Positions 35,506-42,949 of a stretch of DNA of 64,000 nucleotides are shown one piece after another. This stretch comes from Sphingobacteriales bacterium. GTDB taxonomy: Bacteria > Bacteroidota > Bacteroidia > Chitinophagales > CAIOSU01. Numbering within the stretch: the stretch's first letter is position 1; every line of letters begins with the position of its first letter. The notes under the pieces are model-generated. The model had not been told where the DNA came from. It saw nothing but the letters and a program-made list of their open reading frames with translations, and searched no databases. The stretch spans positions 322,076 through 386,075 of the forward strand of contig JAIXOI010000023.1 in assembly GCA_027486795.1 (NCBI GenBank), in the 5' to 3' direction. The translations under genes and the position numbers were made by a program.

Positions 35506-37128
35506 TCAATTGCGCTGCAAAATCATATCGTTGGCATATTCCAGTTCAACCCTAAGGCGCAGTATATTTTTAACTGGGTCGAGTATTTCAAACTCCCCAT
35601 CGCGGAGCAACACGGGCAGCAGCTTATCGCCTTGCTGCACATACACGGCAGGGCTGGTAAGCAATTCCTGCAGCCACACCATTTCGTCGGGCCGCAATGC
35701 ATCGCTGGAGCACGATAGCCGCACAGCTCCTTGCTTATGCAACACCTGCCTACCCCGGTTGGTAGCATTAAACCAAGTAGGCTTCAGTTTTTCAAAACTG
35801 CTGCTTTCGGTCTTTATGCTGCTTTTTTCGGCACCGGCAAACGTGTAGCTATCCATGCCGCCCAAGCGGTTCAAGAAATGCACGCGGGTAGCGTGGCAGT
35901 TGGATTTGGTTAGGCGATAGCGCTTGGTTTCACTAAAAACTCGAATGCCCGAAACGTTGACATCATCAAAATAAACCGTTAGCCCCGACCACGCACCAGC
36001 CTTATCAACCACCAATCTTGCGGCAGTATCTTGCCCAGTAACTACTTGCGTGGTCATTAGCACCCATTGATTTAAAGTGCCTGCATTCCAAGTGTTAGTG
36101 TACGTTACGCTGGCATCGGTTAATCCCTCCACCCCAATGCGCATGCTGGGCGGTTGGATGGTCGATTTAGTGCCCGTGCAATACACCCAGCACGAGAAAG
36201 TGTAGGTAGTATATTGCGCCAAGGGCAACACGGATGCTGATTTCCAGCCATTGTGAAAACTACCACTGCTTGGCCCATCGGAAAAATTGACTTTCAACGA
36301 TTTCGTTCCCGTATGGGCAAACGCATTGCTTTGCTGGCCCGAGGTGAAGCCTGGCCCAGCCAAAAACCCATTGATACTGGCTTCCATAGTGCCGCCATCC
36401 ATATCCAAAAAGAAATTCTCATTACCGCTAGAGGTAATAGTCACATCATAGTGGCTGTGGGCCTCGGTAACGGTTAAGGCTTGCACCAAATTCAAACTGT
36501 TCGGGCCAACGGCTATGTCAAAGCGCTTTTTGCCCACTATTCCTGATGATAAGGCAATATTGATAATAGTTGGTACTGGATTGCCCGGCTCATAGGTTTT
36601 AATGTTAGCCACTAGGCTAGTTGTCGTATCTGCAACTATGGCTAGTGTTTCGTATTCGTCAATCTGTACTTCTTTTTCGGGCATGGAGCTGGTAAGAAAG
36701 CGCTTAGCGCCGTTGCCATCCATAATATAAGGCGACAAGCTGGGCTCAACATCTGGCTGCAAACCGCCGTTAATAGCAGTTATAGGCGTGCTGATTTGAA
36801 ACGCTGTTTGGTCGTCGTTCAAAAACACACAAAACACCTTTACACTAGCATCCGGGGCTTCGAGCGCACCAAATTCGATGGGCTGGTGCAGGTTATAGGC
36901 CAGTTTGTCTTGCAATACTTGCTCTAGCCTAAAGGTAAACGTGTCCGCACTTCCAAAATCTATTTGCTGGCTCCATTGGGCAATAAGCGTGGTGGTATCG
37001 GCATGATACAGCGCTATACCCACCGTTTGCGAAGCGCCGATGGGCGAAACGCGTATTTTATACTCAATGGGGTTGTAGGCCGCCACTATGCTAGCCGGTT
37101 GGCCAACTATTGATAAGGTAATAGCCAT
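35506..37128 (-). CDS. Phage structural protein with a central jelly-roll/CBM-like insert
   Basis: 540 aa. Residues ~235-390 resemble CBM4/9/22-type lectin modules (GNENFFLDMDGG..., HTGTKSLKV, YTFSCWVY, VYFDDVNV). Confidence 0.45.
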   Translation of the reverse strand: MAITLSIVGQPASIVAAYNPIEYKIRVSPIGASQTVGIALYHADTTTLIAQWSQQIDFGSADTFTFRLEQVLQDKLAYNLHQPIEFGALEAPDASVKVFCVFLNDDQTAFQISTPITAINGGLQPDVEPSLSPYIMDGNGAKRFLTSSMPEKEVQIDEYETLAIVADTTTSLVANIKTYEPGNPVPTIINIALSSGIVGKKRFDIAVGPNSLNLVQALTVTEAHSHYDVTITSSGNENFFLDMDGGTMEASINGFLAGPGFTSGQQSNAFAHTGTKSLKVNFSDGPSSGSFHNGWKSASVLPLAQYTTYTFSCWVYCTGTKSTIQPPSMRIGVEGLTDASVTYTNTWNAGTLNQWVLMTTQVVTGQDTAARLVVDKAGAWSGLTVYFDDVNVSGIRVFSETKRYRLTKSNCHATRVHFLNRLGGMDSYTFAGAEKSSIKTESSSFEKLKPTWFNATNRGRQVLHKQGAVRLSCSSDALRPDEMVWLQELLTSPAVYVQQGDKLLPVLLRDGEFEILDPVKNILRLRVELEYANDMILQRN

Positions 37129-37134
37129 GTTGGG

Positions 37135-37437
37135 TTATAATTCTTGATCCAAAAAATCGTTCAAATCTCGCTGCACAGCCGCTTCAATCATTCGGTTGAT
37201 GGCTGCTTCCTCGCTGCTGATGGCAGCATCTAAAAACCCGCTACGGTCGTTCACTTTGCGACCATAATCTTCCATACGGGTGCTCAGCTGGTATTCATTA
37301 GGTGCACTGTTCAATTCGGTTTGCACCGAGCCGCTCAGCTTGCCCGTTTTGTTGTGTTGGCGCAGATCCAATTCGCGTTTTATGGCCGCATCCAATCGGG
37401 CGGCGGCTTCTTGTAGGGCTAGTTCTAGATTTTTCAT
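37135..37437 (-). CDS. Hypothetical phage protein
   Basis: 100 aa. It has a 4-bp overlap with the upstream gene. Confidence 0.45.
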   Translation of the reverse strand: MKNLELALQEAAARLDAAIKRELDLRQHNKTGKLSGSVQTELNSAPNEYQLSTRMEDYGRKVNDRSGFLDAAISSEEAAINRMIEAAVQRDLNDFLDQEL

Positions 37438-37907
37438 AGCGTTGGGTAGTTAAAAGTTCCTGCTAGGCAATCGCCTTGGCAGCGTATTTGCAGGGTGTAG
37501 GTGAGTTCAATCAATCGGTCTTGATGTTTTCGGTACTGCCAGTTGCCGACCACTTTCTCCTCGTTTTCTATTTTCCAAGGGAAGCCATTGGCTTTGTAGC
37601 GGGCTTTAAATTCAAACAGAAATTGCTCGGCCAATACTTCCAGGTCGCGCTGCTTGGTTTGGCTAGCAGTGGCCATCTCTTCGGGCCTTGGGTACCTATC
37701 GAAAAACGACAATTTGAGCTGATACACCCGTTGTCGGGTTTTCATGTTCATGCCCTCAATGCGCACATTACGGTCAATAAATAGCAGCGGATAGTCCTTG
37801 TTGCGTTGGTTGTTAATTTCAAAAGGCTCGCCATACATCAGGCCATTGAGCCCTGCTTGTGCCTGGGCAATGGTTTCTATTTCGCTTATCAGTTGGGTTA
37901 TAGTCAT
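37434..37907 (-). CDS. Hypothetical phage protein
   Basis: 157 aa with operon-like packing. No motif was recognised. Confidence 0.45.
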   Translation of the reverse strand: MTITQLISEIETIAQAQAGLNGLMYGEPFEINNQRNKDYPLLFIDRNVRIEGMNMKTRQRVYQLKLSFFDRYPRPEEMATASQTKQRDLEVLAEQFLFEFKARYKANGFPWKIENEEKVVGNWQYRKHQDRLIELTYTLQIRCQGDCLAGTFNYPTL

Positions 37908-37969
37908 TGTTTAGGTCGATGGTCCATGGACCACAGTCCATAGATAGTTATTGAAGGGTTTTAAGTTTA

Positions 37970-38728
37970 TTAGCTATTCAGGTCAAAAAGGTCGGGCACT
38001 TCTACTATGCCGTAATTGCTAAAGTGAACCAACGGCTGCCCGGGTTGCCAAGCATTAAACTGCTCAACCTTTTGGGCAATGTTGCCAAAGTTTCGGGCGG
38101 CGCTGCTATTGCGCAGCTTTCGGCCAATATCCTTTCGAACGTAGCTAAAGTGGTGCATCATCAGTTCGTGCTCGGCAAACAAATAGCACCGTTCAATAGG
38201 CTTTACGCCCCTAGTTGGGTCCACCAGCACCGGGAATTTGCCCCCTGCCTTCATTCCTGTCTTTAGCCTGCCCATAAAAGGCACCCAGTAGTTTTCCATG
38301 GGCTGCAACCGATAGGTAGGCTGCTTAAAGTAGGTGTACAGCCTGCAGGCAGATGCATCGTATTCGCCCAGCTCCAATTTGGCCTTAGCGGCAGCAAAGG
38401 CCTGGGTGTCGTAATATTCATCGTTGTCTAAAAACAAATAGTGGGTGCAGCCCAACTCCATTGCCCAATCGAGGCCAATCTGTCTTTTCATGCGCTCGTT
38501 ATTGCTCGGGGTGAGGTTAAGGTCCGGCTCGTACTTGCGCAATCGTACCTTCTGCCAGCGTTGTTTAATGGCAGCTAGCGTGGTCAATAATTCGGGGTAG
38601 TACTCTCCAATGTTCGATTGCAATTGGTACACAATCAGCACCTCGTCCACCTGGTCAACTATCTGGGCAATGCTACCTTCCAATAGTTCTTCCCCATCAA
38701 AAGTGTTGTATATAGCGGCTAAAGACAT
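37970..38728 (-). CDS. Glycosyltransferase, GT-A fold (family 2-like)
   Basis: 252 aa. The N-terminus has AAIYNTFDGEELLEGSI. A DxD-type motif (FLDNDEYY) is present. Confidence 0.55.
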   Translation of the reverse strand: MSLAAIYNTFDGEELLEGSIAQIVDQVDEVLIVYQLQSNIGEYYPELLTTLAAIKQRWQKVRLRKYEPDLNLTPSNNERMKRQIGLDWAMELGCTHYLFLDNDEYYDTQAFAAAKAKLELGEYDASACRLYTYFKQPTYRLQPMENYWVPFMGRLKTGMKAGGKFPVLVDPTRGVKPIERCYLFAEHELMMHHFSYVRKDIGRKLRNSSAARNFGNIAQKVEQFNAWQPGQPLVHFSNYGIVEVPDLFDLNS

Positions 38729-38733
38729 AATTG

Positions 38734-38768
38734 GGTTACGGGTTATCAGTTACGGGATTCGAGTTGGT
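38734..38768. repeat. Heptamer tandem repeat array (GGTTACG GGTTATC AGTTACG GGATTCG AGTTGGT)
   Basis: The array begins 6 nt 5' of the GT ATG at 38728. It overlaps the last codons of the upstream GT gene. It belongs to the same RGTTRCG family as 21121-21163 and 40955-40979. Confidence 0.75.
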
Positions 38769-39666
38769 AATAATTTGAAGTCAGTGCTTCTAGCCGGTTT
38801 TGCCAAGTGAGTTGGCTATGGGCGAGGTCGCAGCCGTTGGCAGCTATGCGCATGCGTGCCATATCGTTGCGCAAGTAATACCTAATCATTTCCAATAGCT
38901 CCGGTATGCTTCTAAAAGTATCAAGGTGTGTTCCTACCCTAAAATCGTCTTCTATGCTTTGGTAGTGATGCGATAGGCAAAGTGCACCCGCACCAAGAAT
39001 ATTGAACATGCGGCCGCTGCTGTACCTTGGGTAATCGAAATGACTGAGGTTAATGGCCATTTTGGCGCCGCGGTATATGTCGGCTTCGCGCGCTGGTTTT
39101 TTGTTCAGGTTTTCGGTGGCATAGGGCCAACCTGTGCCACATACGGCAAACGAAAAGTCGCGCTGTTGGTGCAAGGTTTTCACCAACTCCATCCGGTAGC
39201 TGCTTAGCGGAAAAGTGCTGCCATAGTTATTCGCCATAAAAACCACATCCGCCAAGTGTTCGGCTGGGCCGCTGGGTACAAATATTTCGTCCTCAAAACC
39301 CATGGGCAAATAGCCCGCATTCAAGCCTTGCTTGCGAAGTACTGCGACATCGTACTCGTTGGTAAACAAGGTAATATCAAAGTGCGGCGCCATATCCAAG
39401 TACCATTTCGGTGTCGGGAAACGCACATCGCCGGTCCAGTTTACCTTGTATCCACTCAACCCTTTTAAGGTCTCGATGCGAATAATACCGGGTGTTTGCA
39501 ATTGAAAAAAGCACAAATCGAATTGCTGTTGGTGTGCCAGTTTTTGCAAGGTGGCATTTACGTTAGGGTCTTTGCGCCAATTTACTTCCGTGAGTTGCCC
39601 AAGGCCCGCAAGTGCTTTACGCAGTGCATGCTGGTGGTCACCCAGGCTTACATATAGCACGTTCAT
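38746..39666 (-). CDS. Glycosyltransferase, CgeB/Glyco_trans_1_2-like (GT-B C-terminal domain)
   Basis: 306 aa. The C-terminal half (YRGAKMAINLSH...SGRMFNILGAGALCLSHH...FRSIPELLEMIRYYLRNDMARMRIAANG) matches the PF13524-type pattern. Confidence 0.6.
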   Translation of the reverse strand: MNVLYVSLGDHQHALRKALAGLGQLTEVNWRKDPNVNATLQKLAHQQQFDLCFFQLQTPGIIRIETLKGLSGYKVNWTGDVRFPTPKWYLDMAPHFDITLFTNEYDVAVLRKQGLNAGYLPMGFEDEIFVPSGPAEHLADVVFMANNYGSTFPLSSYRMELVKTLHQQRDFSFAVCGTGWPYATENLNKKPAREADIYRGAKMAINLSHFDYPRYSSGRMFNILGAGALCLSHHYQSIEDDFRVGTHLDTFRSIPELLEMIRYYLRNDMARMRIAANGCDLAHSQLTWQNRLEALTSNYYQLESRN

Positions 39667-40277
39667 AGCAGTGTAGGGTTAATGGTTAAATAAGGTCCAG
39701 GAACGGTTTCGTGGCGGCTATAGCTGCGCAAGTTGGTAAGATGCAAATGGCAAGCCTTAATGGTTTTTGATGGGTTGGTAACCCTCATACCCGCTTCGGT
39801 CAGTTCATATGCCAAGCGGTTGTCACACCCAGGCTTACCTGGGCAATAGTTACCTTCAATACCCCTCAACTTAGGCCAGTATATCCAAGCATCTTGGCTG
39901 CAGTCTTTATTGTAAAACTTCAGACCTCTTGCTTTAGTCACATCCCAGCGCGTTAGGGCATAGCAATCGTTAGGTTTCAGGTATTGCGCCTCCGCCAGCG
40001 ACTCGTCAAAGTAAATGTCGGTATTGGCCAGTATAACAATGCCTTGCAACTCGTTGCCAAGTTTTATCAAGTCTTTAAACAAAGCCCTGCGCCCTACTTG
40101 CCTCACCTTTATTTTCGGGTGGTAGGGTATATCTGGCTCGCCATCTACCACAAGCCACCCTTTTTTAATCAATGGGTGCTCTAGGTTGCGGGCCAAGCAA
40201 TACAAAAGCTCAGCCCTGCGCCCGGCATCGGGCTCGTGGTACCAACTGGTAATAAGTGTAAACATGGGGTTGGGCAA
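39663..40277 (-). CDS. Putative glycosyltransferase-like protein (GT-A-like; weak call)
   Basis: 204 aa. Motifs are ITSWYHEP, ILANTDIYFDESL (DxD-like), SQDAWIY and PGCDNRLAYEL. Confidence 0.35.
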   Translation of the reverse strand: MPNPMFTLITSWYHEPDAGRRAELLYCLARNLEHPLIKKGWLVVDGEPDIPYHPKIKVRQVGRRALFKDLIKLGNELQGIVILANTDIYFDESLAEAQYLKPNDCYALTRWDVTKARGLKFYNKDCSQDAWIYWPKLRGIEGNYCPGKPGCDNRLAYELTEAGMRVTNPSKTIKACHLHLTNLRSYSRHETVPGPYLTINPTLL

Positions 40278-40748
40278 TTACTTGTTGTGCAATAGGTTCA
40301 CCAATTCCCTGAAGCGCATTAGGCGCTCTTCATCGGTGGTAAATTGGTCTCTGATAAATAGATCGCGCAAAGCTTTTAGCTGAACACGCTCTGGCTCGGG
40401 CAATTGGCCGTTTTTTAACCGGTCTTTGGCCACTTCAAGGACCTGCTGCTTATGCTCTTTTAAATGGGCCAATTGCTTTTGCCGCAGCGCCTGTTGTTGC
40501 TTGAGGTCGTTCTCAAATTCGGTAAGGTACACTTGCTGCGAGCGCCATTGCTCGGTATACACCATCAGTTCCTCACGCTTTTTGCTGGCTTGCTCTCGGT
40601 AGTTATAGTTCTTCGCTGGGTCGGTTTCTTGCTGGGCCAGTGTATCATATAGCTCAATGCCTTCGGCAATCAGTTTTATGCGTTGGTCTAGCAGAGCTAT
40701 TTTGGCCCGTATGTCGTCCAGCGCTTGGGGTAGTTCAAGTTTTTGCAT
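40278..40748 (-). CDS. Coiled-coil hypothetical protein
   Basis: 156 aa, rich in Q/E/K/L with heptad character. Confidence 0.45.
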   Translation of the reverse strand: MQKLELPQALDDIRAKIALLDQRIKLIAEGIELYDTLAQQETDPAKNYNYREQASKKREELMVYTEQWRSQQVYLTEFENDLKQQQALRQKQLAHLKEHKQQVLEVAKDRLKNGQLPEPERVQLKALRDLFIRDQFTTDEERLMRFRELVNLLHNK

Positions 40749-40755
40749 GGTGCGT

Positions 40756-40938
40756 TTAGGCGTTTCTGGTTTTCTGGGTAAAATTTATCCAGGCATAAAA
40801 GGCGCCTACGCCATAGCCAAAAATGAAATTCCAGAGTTGTGGCCAACCCCCTTTAGCAGCCAAGGCAAAGGCAATAATGAGTAATAAGGGTACCGATAGC
40901 ACCAACAATAGGGGCTTTAATTTGGAAAGGGTAATCAT
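40756..40938 (-). CDS. Small two-TM membrane protein
   Basis: 60 aa with two hydrophobic helices. Confidence 0.4.
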   Translation of the reverse strand: MITLSKLKPLLLVLSVPLLLIIAFALAAKGGWPQLWNFIFGYGVGAFYAWINFTQKTRNA

Positions 40939-40954
40939 GTTAAAAATGGTTTTA

Positions 40955-40979
40955 GGTTACGAGTTGCGGGTTACGGGTT
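40955..40979. repeat. Heptamer tandem repeat array (GGTTACG AGTTGCG GGTTACG GGTT)
   Basis: The array lies 17 nt 5' of the ATG at 40938. The 17-mer at 40956-40972 is identical to 21136-21152. An inverted partial copy, AACTCGCAAC, is at ~41005-41014. Confidence 0.85.
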
Positions 40980-41027
40980 TTAATTCAATAGTCATAAGGG
41001 CAAGTTTTTAACTCGCAACCTCAATTT

Positions 41028-41813
41028 TTAAAGGTCTTTGCTGTATTTCCAGGTAAAACGGTGGTGCTCGCATAGCACGCCCATGTGCACCAGGGGCTTA
41101 ATGCCTATAAGGTTGCTATCCATGTGCCAGAAGCTATCGCTAAAGGCCATGGGGTTGCTGGCATCAACCCTAAACTGCAGGCGCTGCATCAATCGCCGAC
41201 TAAATAGCGAGCACCCAATTGAAGGGGCGAAATACCGTTTCACGCGCCCATCAAATGCCGCAATACTCTCGTAGGGTGCCATTACTTTGTTGGCGCACCA
41301 ACCTTGGTAATTAATAACCGATAGCTGCACCCCTAGCGTGGTATGGGCCCCTTGTTTCAAAAAATAGGGTACGTTAATGTTTTCGGCCCTATAACTCAGC
41401 AATAGCTCAATAATATTCAATGGCGGAAAATTATCGCACTCCAAACTGAAGTAGTAATCATAATCGTTTTGCAGAAAATGCTCGCGTAGCATATTCTGGC
41501 TTTCGGCAATAAATGCTGGGGCACGCATACCCTTTGGTGGGCAATAGCCGCACTTATACCCCCACGACCATACTTCCTGGTGGAAACCCTCGTCGGGGCT
41601 ATTGTCCACCAGAAAGATGTCATAAGCCGGGTAAGTAAGCCCGGAAATGTGCTGCAGCCAATCGCGGAGAATGTACTCCTTGTTTCGGGAAATAGGAGCG
41701 GCCAACAGCACACGAGGAAGGGTAGTATTAAAATGTGAGACATGAAATGGGAAACTTGAAACCGCGTTGGCTTGGTTGTATGTTGTTTGAGGGTTTGCTA
41801 TTTCGCATTTCAT
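41028..41813 (-). CDS. Glycosyltransferase-like protein, GT-A fold
   Basis: 261 aa. VLLAAPISRNKEYILRDWLQHISGLTYPAYDIFLVDNSPDEG resembles a GT2 N-terminal nucleotide-sugar-binding region. Confidence 0.45.
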   Translation of the reverse strand: MKCEIANPQTTYNQANAVSSFPFHVSHFNTTLPRVLLAAPISRNKEYILRDWLQHISGLTYPAYDIFLVDNSPDEGFHQEVWSWGYKCGYCPPKGMRAPAFIAESQNMLREHFLQNDYDYYFSLECDNFPPLNIIELLLSYRAENINVPYFLKQGAHTTLGVQLSVINYQGWCANKVMAPYESIAAFDGRVKRYFAPSIGCSLFSRRLMQRLQFRVDASNPMAFSDSFWHMDSNLIGIKPLVHMGVLCEHHRFTWKYSKDL

Positions 41814-41825
41814 ATCTCACACTTT

Positions 41826-42116
41826 TTATTTTCTCCGTTTTGCCTTTGCCTCATCGGCATATACTTTTTGCAAGCGCTCATTAAAGCACTGCTCTTCGCG
41901 TTGCCGCGTGAGGAACTGGAAAACGGTATGTACGTTCAGGTTTTTAATATGCGCTAGCTGCCATAACTGGCCGGCAGCGGCAGTATACAGTAGGTTGTAC
42001 CACCCAAATTGATTTAGTGCACCAACTCCGGCTTTGCTGGCCTGGGCATTACTTTCGCCTCTAAATAGCGGTTGATACGTTTTAACCAAGTACTCGCGGA
42101 ACGAGCCAAAAAAAAA
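41826..42116 (-). CDS. -1 frame extension ORF (downstream half of a candidate frameshifted gene)
   Basis: The track ORF 41826..42089 starts at TTG. The same frame is open upstream through the T9 run (A9 on the plus strand, 42108-42116). It overlaps the 3' end of 42014..42649 in the -1 frame. Confidence 0.45.
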   Translation of the reverse strand, partial: FFFGSFREYLVKTYQPLFRGESNAQASKAGVGALNQFGWYNLLYTAAAGQLWQLAHIKNLNVHTVFQFLTRQREEQCFNERLQKVYADEAKAKRRK

Positions 42117-42649
42117 TAGGCATTCATGGCCTGGGTAAGCGGCAACCTGCCCATGGTAGCAGCCCGCTCGCTTATATCAATATCATCTAGGGTTTCGCCT
42201 TCTTTCAAAAACAGGGTAGCCAATACATAAGGTATCATTTCATACTTGCCGTGCATCAACTGCTCAATTTGCAGGGCTTCCAGAGCTTGCCCAAAGGTAG
42301 CTTTGCCCATGGGAGCCAGTTTGTTCAACAATTGCAAATCGGCAGGGGCATTGTAAAACGCGCCTTCGTGCTCAAAAGCTTTCAACTCCATGGGCTCTGG
42401 AAGCACGGTTAGTTTATCGGCCACGGCAAATATGCCCAGCACCAAATCGGGGTCTTTGTCTTTTACGGTATCCCAACCGGTCCAAAACTTTACAACCGCC
42501 TCTACATATTCTGGATAACGGGTAAATAAATCGAGTCCAGTAATTTTCGCCTTATCATCAAAACGCTTATCTAACTCTGGCTGAAGGGTCTCTAATAGCT
42601 TGCAATAATCAATGAATTGGGCAATGGATATTTTAGTTACGTCTATCAT
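42014..42649 (-). CDS. Hypothetical phage protein, first gene of the cluster (0-frame product; possible chaperone-like G/GT pair)
   Basis: 211 aa. It contains the sense-strand run TAT TTT TTT TTG at codons 178-181. Confidence 0.55.
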   Translation of the reverse strand: MIDVTKISIAQFIDYCKLLETLQPELDKRFDDKAKITGLDLFTRYPEYVEAVVKFWTGWDTVKDKDPDLVLGIFAVADKLTVLPEPMELKAFEHEGAFYNAPADLQLLNKLAPMGKATFGQALEALQIEQLMHGKYEMIPYVLATLFLKEGETLDDIDISERAATMGRLPLTQAMNAYFFLARSASTWLKRINRYLEAKVMPRPAKPELVH

Positions 42650-42949
42650 CTTTTATACTGGTCGGTTCAATTATCAACCGAACAATGCTAAGATATAAGT
42701 GTATTTTATTTTTAGCAAACAATTTTGACTTAAAAATAAGCATTGCTTATTTATTTAATTGCAAATTATTGATTTGCAAGTAATTAAATTTTTATCAAAA
42801 TTTATCCGTACTATTTACCCAAGAAAAAACAGAGGAATATTTGACCGTTCAGTGCAGTCGTGTTATTATTGCGCCCGTAATTGATGAGGTAAAAGTGATT
42901 TTACTGCTTCTTTTTTTCGGGGAAATAACTTTTTTCATATCTTACCGCC

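Larger units (their letters stand above)
16859..42649 (-). mobile_element. Phage-derived structural/lysis gene cluster (defective prophage or domesticated GTA-like particle locus), 25.8 kb
   Basis: It contains TerL, portal, ClpP-like protease, MCP, TMP-like protein, tail/baseplate proteins, a fiber and a holin, all on the minus strand. No integrase, repressor, replication, TerS or endolysin genes were recognised. No tRNA or flanking direct repeats were found by eye. Confidence 0.75.

Noticed and set aside
37920-37933. 14-bp perfect palindrome TGGTCCATGGACCA, followed by another GTCCAT, in the GT-to-157aa spacer
   Set aside because: It is too short and loop-less for a stable hairpin. It could be a chance occurrence or a restriction-type site, and there is no second copy in the window. 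It is noted only.
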